Assembly: GCA_024234215.1 (NCBI GenBank)
Contig: JACKOQ010000001.1
Coordinates: forward strand, 404,293-468,292
Direction: 5' to 3'
Length of the DNA stretch: 64,000 bases
Origin: Pseudomonadales bacterium
GTDB lineage: Bacteria; Pseudomonadota; Gammaproteobacteria; Pseudomonadales; UBA5862
Shown: one piece after another, positions 10,445 through 19,472 of the stretch
How positions within the stretch are numbered: the stretch's first letter is position 1
How the letters are laid out: each line of letters opens with the position of its first letter
The notes under the pieces: generated by a model
Seen by the model: only the letters and a program-made list of their open reading frames with translations
The model's database searches: none
Told to the model about the DNA's origin: nothing
Made by a program: the position numbers and the translations under genes

Positions 10445-10660
10445 ATGCCGTCGGTGAAGATCAAAGAGAACGAACCCTTCGATGTCGCGCTGCGCCGCTT
10501 CAAGCGCGCCTGTGAAAAGGCCGGTGTCATGGCCGAGGTGCGTCGCCGCGAATTCTATGAAAAGCCCACTTCGGTGCGCAAACGCAAGGCTGCCGCGGCC
10601 GTCAAGCGCCACGCCAAGAAGTTGCAGCGCGAATCGCGCCGCCTGCAGCGACTCTACTGA
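10445..10660 (+). CDS. rpsU: 30S ribosomal protein S21
   Basis: 71 aa, [27 protein letters not shown]...RLY. It corresponds to the last 71 codons of a spurious 499-aa track ORF. Confidence 0.97.
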   Translation: MPSVKIKENEPFDVALRRFKRACEKAGVMAEVRRREFYEKPTSVRKRKAAAAVKRHAKKLQRESRRLQRLY

Positions 10661-10680
10661 TCCCCTCGCTGCCGCGCAGC

Positions 10681-11136
10681 ATGAGCTCCATCCCCCTCAA
10701 GACGCAGATCGCCGAATCGGTCAAGCAGGCGATGAAGGCCGGCGAGAAACGCCGCGTCGCCGCGCTGCGGCTGGTCATGGCCGAGATCAAGCGTGTCGAG
10801 GTCGATGAGCGCATCGAGCTCGACGATGCCCGGGTCATCACGCTGCTCGACCGCATGCTCAAGCAGCGGCGCGACTCGCTCGACCACTTCGAGCGTGCTG
10901 CGCGCGACGATCTGGCCGAGCAGGAGCGGTTCGAGATCGCGACGATCCAGGCCTTTCTGCCGACACCGCTGACACAGCAGGAGATTGCCGCGCTGATCGA
11001 CGAGGCGCTCGGGCAACTGACGGTCAGCGGTCCGCAGGCGATGGGCGCGGTCATGGCCTGGCTCAAGCCCAGAGTGCAGGGACGCGCCGAAATGGCCAGC
11101 GTCAGTGCCGCCGTCAAGGCCCGACTCAGCGGTTGA
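10681..11136 (+). CDS. yqeY: GatB/YqeY domain-containing protein
   Basis: 151 aa with IAESVKQAMKAGEKRRVAALRLVMAEIKR. It sits between rpsU and dnaG, as in many proteobacteria. Confidence 0.88.
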   Translation: MSSIPLKTQIAESVKQAMKAGEKRRVAALRLVMAEIKRVEVDERIELDDARVITLLDRMLKQRRDSLDHFERAARDDLAEQERFEIATIQAFLPTPLTQQEIAALIDEALGQLTVSGPQAMGAVMAWLKPRVQGRAEMASVSAAVKARLSG

Positions 11137-11201
11137 TCCACGCCTCGGTTTCGCGCACAGTGGCGGTCGGCTCCAGTCCGGGGCCACTGTTGTGAAGCGT
11201 C

Positions 11202-13010
11202 ATGGCCGGTCTGATTCCCCAATCCTTCATCGATGACCTGCTCGAGCGGGTCGACATCGTCGATCTGGTCGGCGAGCGCATCCGGCTGCGCAAGTCGGGC
11301 GCCAACCACTTCGGCCTCTGTCCGTTCCATCAGGAGAAGAGCCCCTCGTTCTCGGTCAACGGCGACAAGCAGTTCTATCACTGCTTCGGCTGTGGCGCGA
11401 GCGGCAACGCGTTGGGATTTCTGATCGCCTACGACCGACTCGAATTTCCGCAGGCGGTCGAGCAGTTGGCGCGGCGGGTCGGTGTCGCGCTGCCTGAAGG
11501 CGAGAAGCCGAGTGCGCAGGAGCGCCAGCGCGAGGCGCACCACCAGTTGCTGGCGCAGGTGGCCGACCACTACCGGCGCCAACTCTCCAGCGGCCCGGCT
11601 GCCGAGACGGCAAGGCGCTATCTGCATCAGCGCGGTCTCGACCGCGACATCATCGAGCGCTTTGCGATCGGCTTTGCGCCGCCGACGGCCGGCAGCGCCC
11701 TGCTGCAGCAATTTCCGACGCAAGAGCAGGCGCTGCTCGAACTGGGGCTGATCCAGAAGAGTGACGGCGGTGTCGCGCGTGACCGCTTTCGCAATCGGGT
11801 GATCTTTCCGATCCGCGATCCGCGCGGCCGCACGGTCGGCTTCGGTGGCCGGCTGCTGGGCGAAGGGCAGCCCAAGTACCTCAACTCCTCCGAGTCGCCA
11901 CTGTTCCAGAAGAGCCATCTGCTCTACGGCCTGCATGAGGCGATCCAGGCGCAGCGGCAACTGGACCGGTTGCTGCTGGTCGAGGGTTACATGGATGTGG
12001 TGGCGCTGGCGCAGCATGGCCTCACCCATGCAGTGGCGACGCTTGGCACCGCCACCAGTGTCGAACATCTCAAGCTGGCCTATCGCCGCGTCCATGAGCT
12101 GCTGTTCTGCTTCGATGGTGACGCAGCGGGGCGCCGTGCCGCCTGGCGGGCACTGGAGCATCTGCTCCCCCTGCTGCAGGAGGGGCAGCAGGCACGCTTT
12201 CTGTTTCTGCCTGACGGGGAGGATCCGGACTCGCTGGTGCGCAAGGAGGGGGCGGAGGCCTTTGCGGCGCGCAGCCAGCAGGCGCAACCGCTGTCGGAAT
12301 TCTTCTACAGCGAGCTTTGCGCGCAGGTCGACATGGGCAGCATCGATGGCCGGGCGCGGCTGGTCAGCCTGGCGCGCCCGTTTCTGGAGCGGCTGCGAAC
12401 CGGTTCATTCCGGCAATTGATGGTGCAGCGGCTGGCGGAACTGACCGGCATCGCCGCGGCTGATCTGCTGCTGACATCAGCGACGCAGGTCGAGCAGCCC
12501 GATCCCGATTCGCGCCCGTTTGACTCGATGCCTCATGCCCGTCCCCCCCTGCATCAGCGGCGCACTGGGCGCGGGCGTCAGCCGCTGCCGCCGGCCCAGG
12601 CCGCGCTGCTGCTGCTGCTGAAGTGGCCGCTGCTGGCGACACGCCAGGCCTGTGTCAATGCGCTGCGTGATTTTCCGACGCAGGGCGACAGTCAGTTGCT
12701 GCGCGAAGTGCTCCAGCAGTTGCAGAGGTCGCCCGGGCTTGGGGTGGCCGCACTGCTTGGCCGCTGGCATGGCACCGACCAGGCCGATCTGCTGGCCAGA
12801 CTGGCGGCACGGGAGAGTTTTCTGTCGCAGCCGCAGGCCGAGGTGGAGCTTGATGCGCTGCTCGCCAAGCTGAGTGGCCATGGCGAGCGCAGGCTGCTCG
12901 ATGCGTTGCTGGCCCGTCCGTTCGATGCGTTGACGCCGGACGAAAAAGCGCAATTGAAGGTGCTGCTGGAGAGCGAAAGAGCGGGAGCCTCTGCGCCGCC
13001 TCGGCGGTAG
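11202..13010 (+). CDS. dnaG: DNA primase
   Basis: 602 aa with the zinc ribbon CPFHQEKSPSFSV...YHCFGCGASGNALGFL and the TOPRIM segment LLLVEGYMDVVAL. Confidence 0.97.
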   Translation: MAGLIPQSFIDDLLERVDIVDLVGERIRLRKSGANHFGLCPFHQEKSPSFSVNGDKQFYHCFGCGASGNALGFLIAYDRLEFPQAVEQLARRVGVALPEGEKPSAQERQREAHHQLLAQVADHYRRQLSSGPAAETARRYLHQRGLDRDIIERFAIGFAPPTAGSALLQQFPTQEQALLELGLIQKSDGGVARDRFRNRVIFPIRDPRGRTVGFGGRLLGEGQPKYLNSSESPLFQKSHLLYGLHEAIQAQRQLDRLLLVEGYMDVVALAQHGLTHAVATLGTATSVEHLKLAYRRVHELLFCFDGDAAGRRAAWRALEHLLPLLQEGQQARFLFLPDGEDPDSLVRKEGAEAFAARSQQAQPLSEFFYSELCAQVDMGSIDGRARLVSLARPFLERLRTGSFRQLMVQRLAELTGIAAADLLLTSATQVEQPDPDSRPFDSMPHARPPLHQRRTGRGRQPLPPAQAALLLLLKWPLLATRQACVNALRDFPTQGDSQLLREVLQQLQRSPGLGVAALLGRWHGTDQADLLARLAARESFLSQPQAEVELDALLAKLSGHGERRLLDALLARPFDALTPDEKAQLKVLLESERAGASAPPRR

Positions 13011-13276
13011 TCCAGCATCATTAAAAAATTTCTGGTAGTATTTCGCGTTTGGTTGGGCGAGATGCCTGCGAATGAATCCTGGTCGATCACGGGAATTTTT
13101 TGGCCGGCGAGCCATCCAATCCAGAACCTTTTGTCTGATTGTGCATCCCCTCCTTGCTTTTGCGGGAAAGATCACCACATCGAACAGCGCTTGCGACTAT
13201 CTTGATCGGAGTTGAAGCGTTGGTTTTTGCTCTTCGTCGGACCGATCCGGTCCGACCACTTTGCTAAAGGTGTGCA

Positions 13277-15118
<1,842 letters not shown>

Positions 15119-15146
15119 ACCGGCAGCGCCGGTCGACGAAGTCTCC

Positions 15147-15223
15147 GGGCCTTTAGCTCAGTTGGTCAGAGCGCTCGACTCATAATCGATTGGTCGCAGG
15201 TTCAAGTCCTGCAAGGCCCACCA
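15147..15223 (+). tRNA. ileX: tRNA-Ile2 (anticodon CAU, lysidine-type; ileX-like)
   Basis: A 77-nt cloverleaf with anticodon loop CTCATAA. The 3' half, TTGGTCGCAGGTTCAAGTCCTGCAAGGCCCACCA, is nearly identical to the E. coli ileX sequence as I remember it. It lies downstream of rpoD, as in E. coli. An elongator tRNA-Met cannot be fully excluded without a classifier. Confidence 0.85.
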
Positions 15224-15295
15224 AATCACCACCGTAAAACTGTTGGCCGAAGTAAGGATTGGGGGTACGGTTTCTGCCAAAGTGGAGCGGAAACC

Positions 15296-15317
15296 GAGGA
15301 AACTGGGGTCTGTCCCC
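15296..15317. repeat. left arm of a 22-nt imperfect inverted repeat (GAGGAAACTGGGGTCTGTCCCC)
   Basis: The reverse complement of 15997-16018 is GAGGAAACCGCGGTCTGTCTCC, with 19 of 22 positions identical by hand alignment. Confidence 0.7.
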
Positions 15318-15363
15318 GATTCTCGTCGGGGTCTGTCCCCGATTCTCGTCGTCCCCGATTCTC
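15305..15363. repeat. tandem direct repeat: 2 full 23-nt units (GGGGTCTGTCCCCGATTCTCGTC) plus a 13-nt partial unit
   Basis: Units at 15305-15327 and 15328-15350 are identical. The partial unit GTCCCCGATTCTC is at 15351-15363. The units are contiguous with no spacers. Confidence 0.9.
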
Positions 15364-15369
15364 AACGTG

Positions 15370-15939
15370 CTAGCTCAGGGGCGCGCCGCTTGCGGCGCAT
15401 CCCGCTGGAGCGACGGGCTGGGCGGCGTTGTACAAGCGCAACTCCCACTCGGCAAGGGGGCTGTTGCCTGCCGCCGTTTTGGCAAGACAGACAATTCGCT
15501 CGTATTCGGGTAAAGAGTCATGTTGTGTCCATTTCACGTTCCGACAGGTTGGGATGCGCGACAAGACCATAAAATCAAACGGGCAGTGCGGCGGTGCCGG
15601 AATCAGTCCTAGGCACCACATGTACTTGAGGTGGAGATTGAGCGCTTTTTGCGCGGAGCCGATTCTGAACCGTCCTGCATTCAGAGCATTGGGGTGCGAA
15701 CCAGATAGGGAGTTTGCAAGGCTCTCGATGTTCGCAAGGTGCTGCGCTTCCGAAACGCCGACACTATATTGCTCGGTGAGACGCTCCAGTTCTGAGCGCA
15801 GAGCACGGCGGAATGCATCCTTCTCGGCTTCGCCCGAGCCTACTCGGTATAGTTTTCCACGCTGCACTGTAGCCATCAGCGTCATGCTGAAAAATTCATC
15901 TTCAAGGAAGGTTTGCTGTTCCGGGTTCATTTCCGACAC
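15370..15939 (-). CDS. hypothetical protein (189 aa), no family recognised; low-GC orphan
   Basis: The composition is balanced and the protein looks helical, unlike the Cys/Arg/Ser-rich antisense ORF at 15428-15949. The start is GTG (an alternative ATG is at 15930). Three 60-nt lines gave 45-57% GC by hand count, against 62-75% in flanking genes. Confidence 0.6.
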   Translation of the reverse strand: MSEMNPEQQTFLEDEFFSMTLMATVQRGKLYRVGSGEAEKDAFRRALRSELERLTEQYSVGVSEAQHLANIESLANSLSGSHPNALNAGRFRIGSAQKALNLHLKYMWCLGLIPAPPHCPFDFMVLSRIPTCRNVKWTQHDSLPEYERIVCLAKTAAGNSPLAEWELRLYNAAQPVAPAGCAASGAPLS

Positions 15940-15996
15940 GCCCGACTAGAATTAGACAGCCCAATTTTTCCGGATGGATAATCCCGTTCCCGCCTT

Positions 15997-16018
15997 GGAG
16001 ACAGACCGCGGTTTCCTC
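15997..16018. repeat. right arm of the 22-nt imperfect inverted repeat (GGAGACAGACCGCGGTTTCCTC)
   Basis: It pairs with 15296-15317 in inverted orientation. Together the two arms bracket the orphan ORF. Confidence 0.7.
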
Positions 16019-16078
16019 AGGCATTGCGGCTGGCGTCCATCCGTGCGCCCATTCATGCAACAATGAGCGCCGGCCACG

Positions 16079-16603
16079 CTATGGCTGGGGGATGACGCCA
16101 CAGGCCATGCGCTCGCCGCCGCCACCGAGTGGCGCGGGCTGGTCGGCGTGGTTGTCGCCGCCGGCGTGCAGCATCAGCGCGCGGCCGCTGACATCCGCCA
16201 GCTTGAGTCGGGGGGCCAGTACCGGGTGGGTGGCGCTGCCATCTGCGGCGACATGGAGCGGCGGCAGGTCACCCAGATGGCCATCGCCCCAGGGCTCGCC
16301 ATGCTTCTTGCTGCCTTTGGGGTCGAGGTGGCCACCCGCCGCCAGCGCCGCCACTGCGACACCATTTTTCTGCGCCGGCATGCAGGTGCCATGCTCATGC
16401 ACATGAAAGCCGTGCAGGCCCGGTGGCAGTCCCTGCAGGGCCGGCTGGAACACCAGTCCATAGGGAGTTTCGGTGATGCGCACGCTGCCCACGGCGGCGC
16501 CGATGCCCTGGGCCGTCACCAGGTTGAGGGGGGTGCTGGTCTCGGCAGCCAGCGCCGCGGTGCTGGCGAGCAGGCAGGTGGCGAAGAGGGCGGGAATGCG
16601 CAT
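16079..16603 (-). CDS. sodC: periplasmic Cu/Zn superoxide dismutase
   Basis: [18 protein letters not shown] and [12 protein letters not shown] motifs. The start was moved to [19 protein letters not shown] (a signal peptide), which is preceded by AAGGAG. Confidence 0.93.
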   Translation of the reverse strand: MRIPALFATCLLASTAALAAETSTPLNLVTAQGIGAAVGSVRITETPYGLVFQPALQGLPPGLHGFHVHEHGTCMPAQKNGVAVAALAAGGHLDPKGSKKHGEPWGDGHLGDLPPLHVAADGSATHPVLAPRLKLADVSGRALMLHAGGDNHADQPAPLGGGGERMACGVIPQP

Positions 16604-16710
16604 GGGGGGCTCCTTGTGTGCGAGGGAAATTCCAGGTCGTGTTCCATTCATCCAGCCGCAGGTGGACATCAGGCCACTGATCGACGAGACGGTCCGTCGC
16701 CAGCGTGCGC

Positions 16711-17202
16711 TCAGGCCATGCTGGGCTGCGGTTGCCGTTGTTGCAGCCGTTCGATCAACTGGTCTTCGAGCTCGAACCGTTCGGCCAGCACCAAGCCGAG
16801 ACGCGACAGATCCTCCGGCAGGGCATCGAGCAGTTCGGCGCAGTGCGCTTCGGTGTCGTAGATGTCGTTGAAGGCGATGGCGGCGGCGGTGCTGCGGTCG
16901 ATCTGGCGCAGCAGCCGGGCGGCCAGGGCCCGGCTGTCGGCGTCGTGGTGCTCGAACTCCTCGATCAGCCGCTCGAACACCTTGAAGTGGCCGGCGCAGA
17001 GGTAGTCGAGCAGTGCCTGACAGAGCGCCTGCACCTTGATGGTGATCGGCACCTTCTTGGGGGTGAACTGCCGCAGACCATCGACGGCGACATAGAGCAC
17101 GGTCAGTTCCTGGCGTCGTTGCAGCCAGTCGTGCAGCAGGGTTTCGATCGGAGTGGTCGTGTCGGCCGGTTGCCGTCGTTGTTCTTTCTGCATGGGTTGC
17201 AC
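16711..17202 (-). CDS. rsd: Rsd/AlgQ family anti-sigma-70 regulator
   Basis: 163 aa. [20 protein letters not shown] resembles the E. coli Rsd segment LVDYLSAGHFSIYERI. Confidence 0.85.
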   Translation of the reverse strand: MQPMQKEQRRQPADTTTPIETLLHDWLQRRQELTVLYVAVDGLRQFTPKKVPITIKVQALCQALLDYLCAGHFKVFERLIEEFEHHDADSRALAARLLRQIDRSTAAAIAFNDIYDTEAHCAELLDALPEDLSRLGLVLAERFELEDQLIERLQQRQPQPSMA

Positions 17203-17294
17203 CTGGGTCGAATCCTGAAAGGCGTGCCGATCGCTGGCGAGCGCCGGGGTTGGCCAGTCTACAAGAAACCGTGAATGTGACCTACTTCACAGCC

Positions 17295-17993
17295 TCATGC
17301 AAACCAATAGACCAGAACGGTGGGGATTGCCAGCGCGACCAGCGTGCCGGTAAGGCCAAGGGCGAGGCTGGCGAAGGCGCCGGCCTGAGCACCCTCGTCG
17401 AGGGCGCGGGCGGTGCCGACGCCATGGGCAGCCAGACCGAGGCTGAAGCCGCGAATGCGTGGGTCGCTGATGCCGAGCCAATCGAACAGCACCGGCCCGG
17501 CGGTGGCGCCGATGATGCCGGTGATGATGACCAGACCGGCGGCCAGACCCGGTTCGCCGCCGAGAATGCGTGCCACCTCCATGGCGATCGGCGAGGTGGC
17601 GGTCTTGGGCGCGATGGTGGCGATCAGCCGGCGGTCGAGTCCGAGCCAGTCGGCCAGCAGCATGGCGCTGGCGGTGGCGGTGGCCACTCCGATCAGCAGC
17701 GCGATGCTGAGCGGCCCCCAGAGCCGGCGAATCTCATCCCAGTGGCGGCGCAGTGGCAGGCCGAGCGCGACCGTGGCCGGTCCCAGCAGCAGCACCAGCG
17801 GCTGGCTGGCCTGGCGGTAGTCGCCGGCGTCGAGCAGGCCGAGTCCGATCAGCAGCGCGATCGGCAGGGCGGCGATCAGCACCGGATGGAGCCAGACCGG
17901 CCGTCCCAGCCGGCGATGCATCCACAGCGCCAGCAGGTAGCCGCCGAGCGTCAGCGCGAGGGCCGTCACCGGCATCGGCAGCAGCGCACTCAT
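17295..17993 (-). CDS. lrgB: LrgB/CidB family membrane protein
   Basis: A polytopic membrane protein with PKTATSPIAMEVA, typical of LrgB. The start is set at the ATG overlapping the lrgA stop (ATGA). Confidence 0.85.
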   Translation of the reverse strand: MSALLPMPVTALALTLGGYLLALWMHRRLGRPVWLHPVLIAALPIALLIGLGLLDAGDYRQASQPLVLLLGPATVALGLPLRRHWDEIRRLWGPLSIALLIGVATATASAMLLADWLGLDRRLIATIAPKTATSPIAMEVARILGGEPGLAAGLVIITGIIGATAGPVLFDWLGISDPRIRGFSLGLAAHGVGTARALDEGAQAGAFASLALGLTGTLVALAIPTVLVYWFA

Positions 17994-18337
17994 CGACCGG
18001 GCCAGCGCGCCAGCGCCCATTTGAGGGTGAGGGCGGTCGCGACCAGCGCGCCCAAGGTGCTGAGGGTGATGGCGAGCAGCAGCCGCATCCATTCACTGGC
18101 GGAGAGCCCGACCAGAAAGAGCGCGGCGATCAGTGGCGGGATGAAGAACAGCGACAGATGGCTGACCAGCGGGCCACCGGCGCTCTCGGCATCATCGATC
18201 AGGCCGGGTGCCGCGCGCAGCAACAGCATCAGCAGCAACATGCCGAGCACTGCACCGGGAATCGGCAGCTGCAGCAGGCGGGTGGTGACTTCGCCCAGCC
18301 ACTGGGCGGCGAACAGCAGGGTGAGGCCACGGATCAT
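17990..18337 (-). CDS. lrgA: LrgA/CidA family holin-like membrane protein
   Basis: About 115 aa with four hydrophobic helices (MIRGLTLLFAAQWLGEV...). The ATG overlaps the dsbB stop (ATGA). Confidence 0.8.
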   Translation of the reverse strand: MIRGLTLLFAAQWLGEVTTRLLQLPIPGAVLGMLLLMLLLRAAPGLIDDAESAGGPLVSHLSLFFIPPLIAALFLVGLSASEWMRLLLAITLSTLGALVATALTLKWALARWPGR

Positions 18338-18834
18338 CGCCGCAGCAACTGCACGAGGGCAAGGCCGCAAAAGAGCACGAAGGCGAGCAGCGACCAGTCG
18401 GCGATCGACAACCCGAGCAGGCGCCAGGTCACCTCGGCGCAGTTGCCATCGCCCTTGAGTGCCAGCAACAGCACGTCGTTGAGCGGCATCACCTTCACCA
18501 GGTAGTCGATGGTCGGCAGACAGGCCGGCACCTGCTCCGGTGGCAGGTGTTGCAGCCAGATCTGCCGCCCTGCCAGCGCGATGCCGAGGTCGGCGAAGAT
18601 CAGCATCAGCAGGCCATACATCTTGCGGCCGACCCGTGCCGGGTTGTGCAGCAGCGCCAGCAGTGCGGTCAGGCCGATGGCGGCGAAGGCGATCCGTTGC
18701 AGGATGCAGAGATTGCAGGGCAGCAGGCCGAGGCCATGTTCCAGCCCGAGGGCAATGGCCAGCAGCAGCGCACAGCCGAGCAGGATCAGGCCATTGAGAG
18801 GACGGGTTTGCAGCCAGTAGCGCCAGGAGAGCAT
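18334..18834 (-). CDS. dsbB: disulfide bond formation protein B
   Basis: 166 aa with the CNLCILQR redox pair in the first periplasmic loop, a second Cys pair region (...GDGNCAEV...) and four TM helices. Confidence 0.9.
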   Translation of the reverse strand: MLSWRYWLQTRPLNGLILLGCALLLAIALGLEHGLGLLPCNLCILQRIAFAAIGLTALLALLHNPARVGRKMYGLLMLIFADLGIALAGRQIWLQHLPPEQVPACLPTIDYLVKVMPLNDVLLLALKGDGNCAEVTWRLLGLSIADWSLLAFVLFCGLALVQLLRR

Positions 18835-19472
18835 CGGTCGATCTGTTCGGAATGGGTTGCAGGGAGCGGCGGAATCACCGCCTGTCGCAGGCGTTCGCGC
18901 TCAATGGCCGCGAAGTCATACAGCAGCGGGAAAAATTCGCGGAAATTCTCGCCGATCTGGTCGTAATGCGCCAGCCAGAACCGTTCGAGTTGCTGCACCG
19001 GCTGGTGTGGACCCAGTCGCCGCTGAATGATGCGCGCCGCTGTCGCGCCGACTGCGGCGGGGTCGAGATAGCGGCAGAGCAGGTCGTGCTGTGCCAGCAG
19101 ACGGGCGAAACGGGCTGCCTCGGCCGGCAACCGCGCCTGCTCGCGCTCCAGCAGTGCATAGATGTCGGCGGCATGGTCGGCCAGCGGCTGCGGGCTGAAA
19201 CAGGTGAAGTGGCGGCTGAGGAAGTGGTCCCGGCCAAGGTCGAGCAGAATCGGACCCAGGCGGCGCAGTGCCGGCGGAAAGTGTTCGATCAGTTGCCGTG
19301 TCAGCGGATGGCGGTCGCAGAAGGCATCGATGCGCCGGTGCAGCATGATGCTGGCACTGAGCAGGTCGGGGTAGGGGGTGGCGATCGGTCCCTTGCGAAA
19401 GTCGCCCAGCAGTGCCCCCAGTCGCCACTCATCCTCGGTGCCGGCCAGCAGGAAGTGGGCCAGATGGTTCAT
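18786..19472 (-). CDS. acpH: acyl carrier protein phosphodiesterase
   Basis: Starts MNHLAHFLLAG...LGALLGDFRKGP, characteristic of AcpH. At 228 aa it is longer than the approximately 193-aa E. coli protein, and its tail overlaps the dsbB start by 49 nt. Confidence 0.85.
   Translation of the reverse strand: MNHLAHFLLAGTEDEWRLGALLGDFRKGPIATPYPDLLSASIMLHRRIDAFCDRHPLTRQLIEHFPPALRRLGPILLDLGRDHFLSRHFTCFSPQPLADHAADIYALLEREQARLPAEAARFARLLAQHDLLCRYLDPAAVGATAARIIQRRLGPHQPVQQLERFWLAHYDQIGENFREFFPLLYDFAAIERERLRQAVIPPLPATHSEQIDRCSPGATGCKPVLSMA

Noticed and set aside
9161-10660. A 499-aa plus-strand ORF covering the tsaD locus.
   Set aside because: Only its last 71 codons (rpsU) are real. The rest is antisense to tsaD and crosses the promoter region.
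13011-13276. The AT-richer 266-nt dnaG-rpoD spacer as a possible small RNA or mobile remnant.
   Set aside because: This spacer is known to house internal rpoD promoters in other proteobacteria. I saw no hairpin-terminator, repeat or ORF structure that would justify another call, and I could not pin down a convincing -35/-10 pair.
15305-15363. Whether the tandem repeat is a CRISPR array.
   Set aside because: The units are contiguous with no spacers. There are only 2.6 copies and no cas genes in the window.
15243-15572. Plus-strand ORFs (109 and 84 aa) and a minus-strand 61-aa ORF (15180-15365) running through the tandem repeat and tRNA.
   Set aside because: These are translations of repeat and tRNA sequence (for example the repeated SPILV / RIGDRPQ strings). 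They have no start context and are not credible genes.
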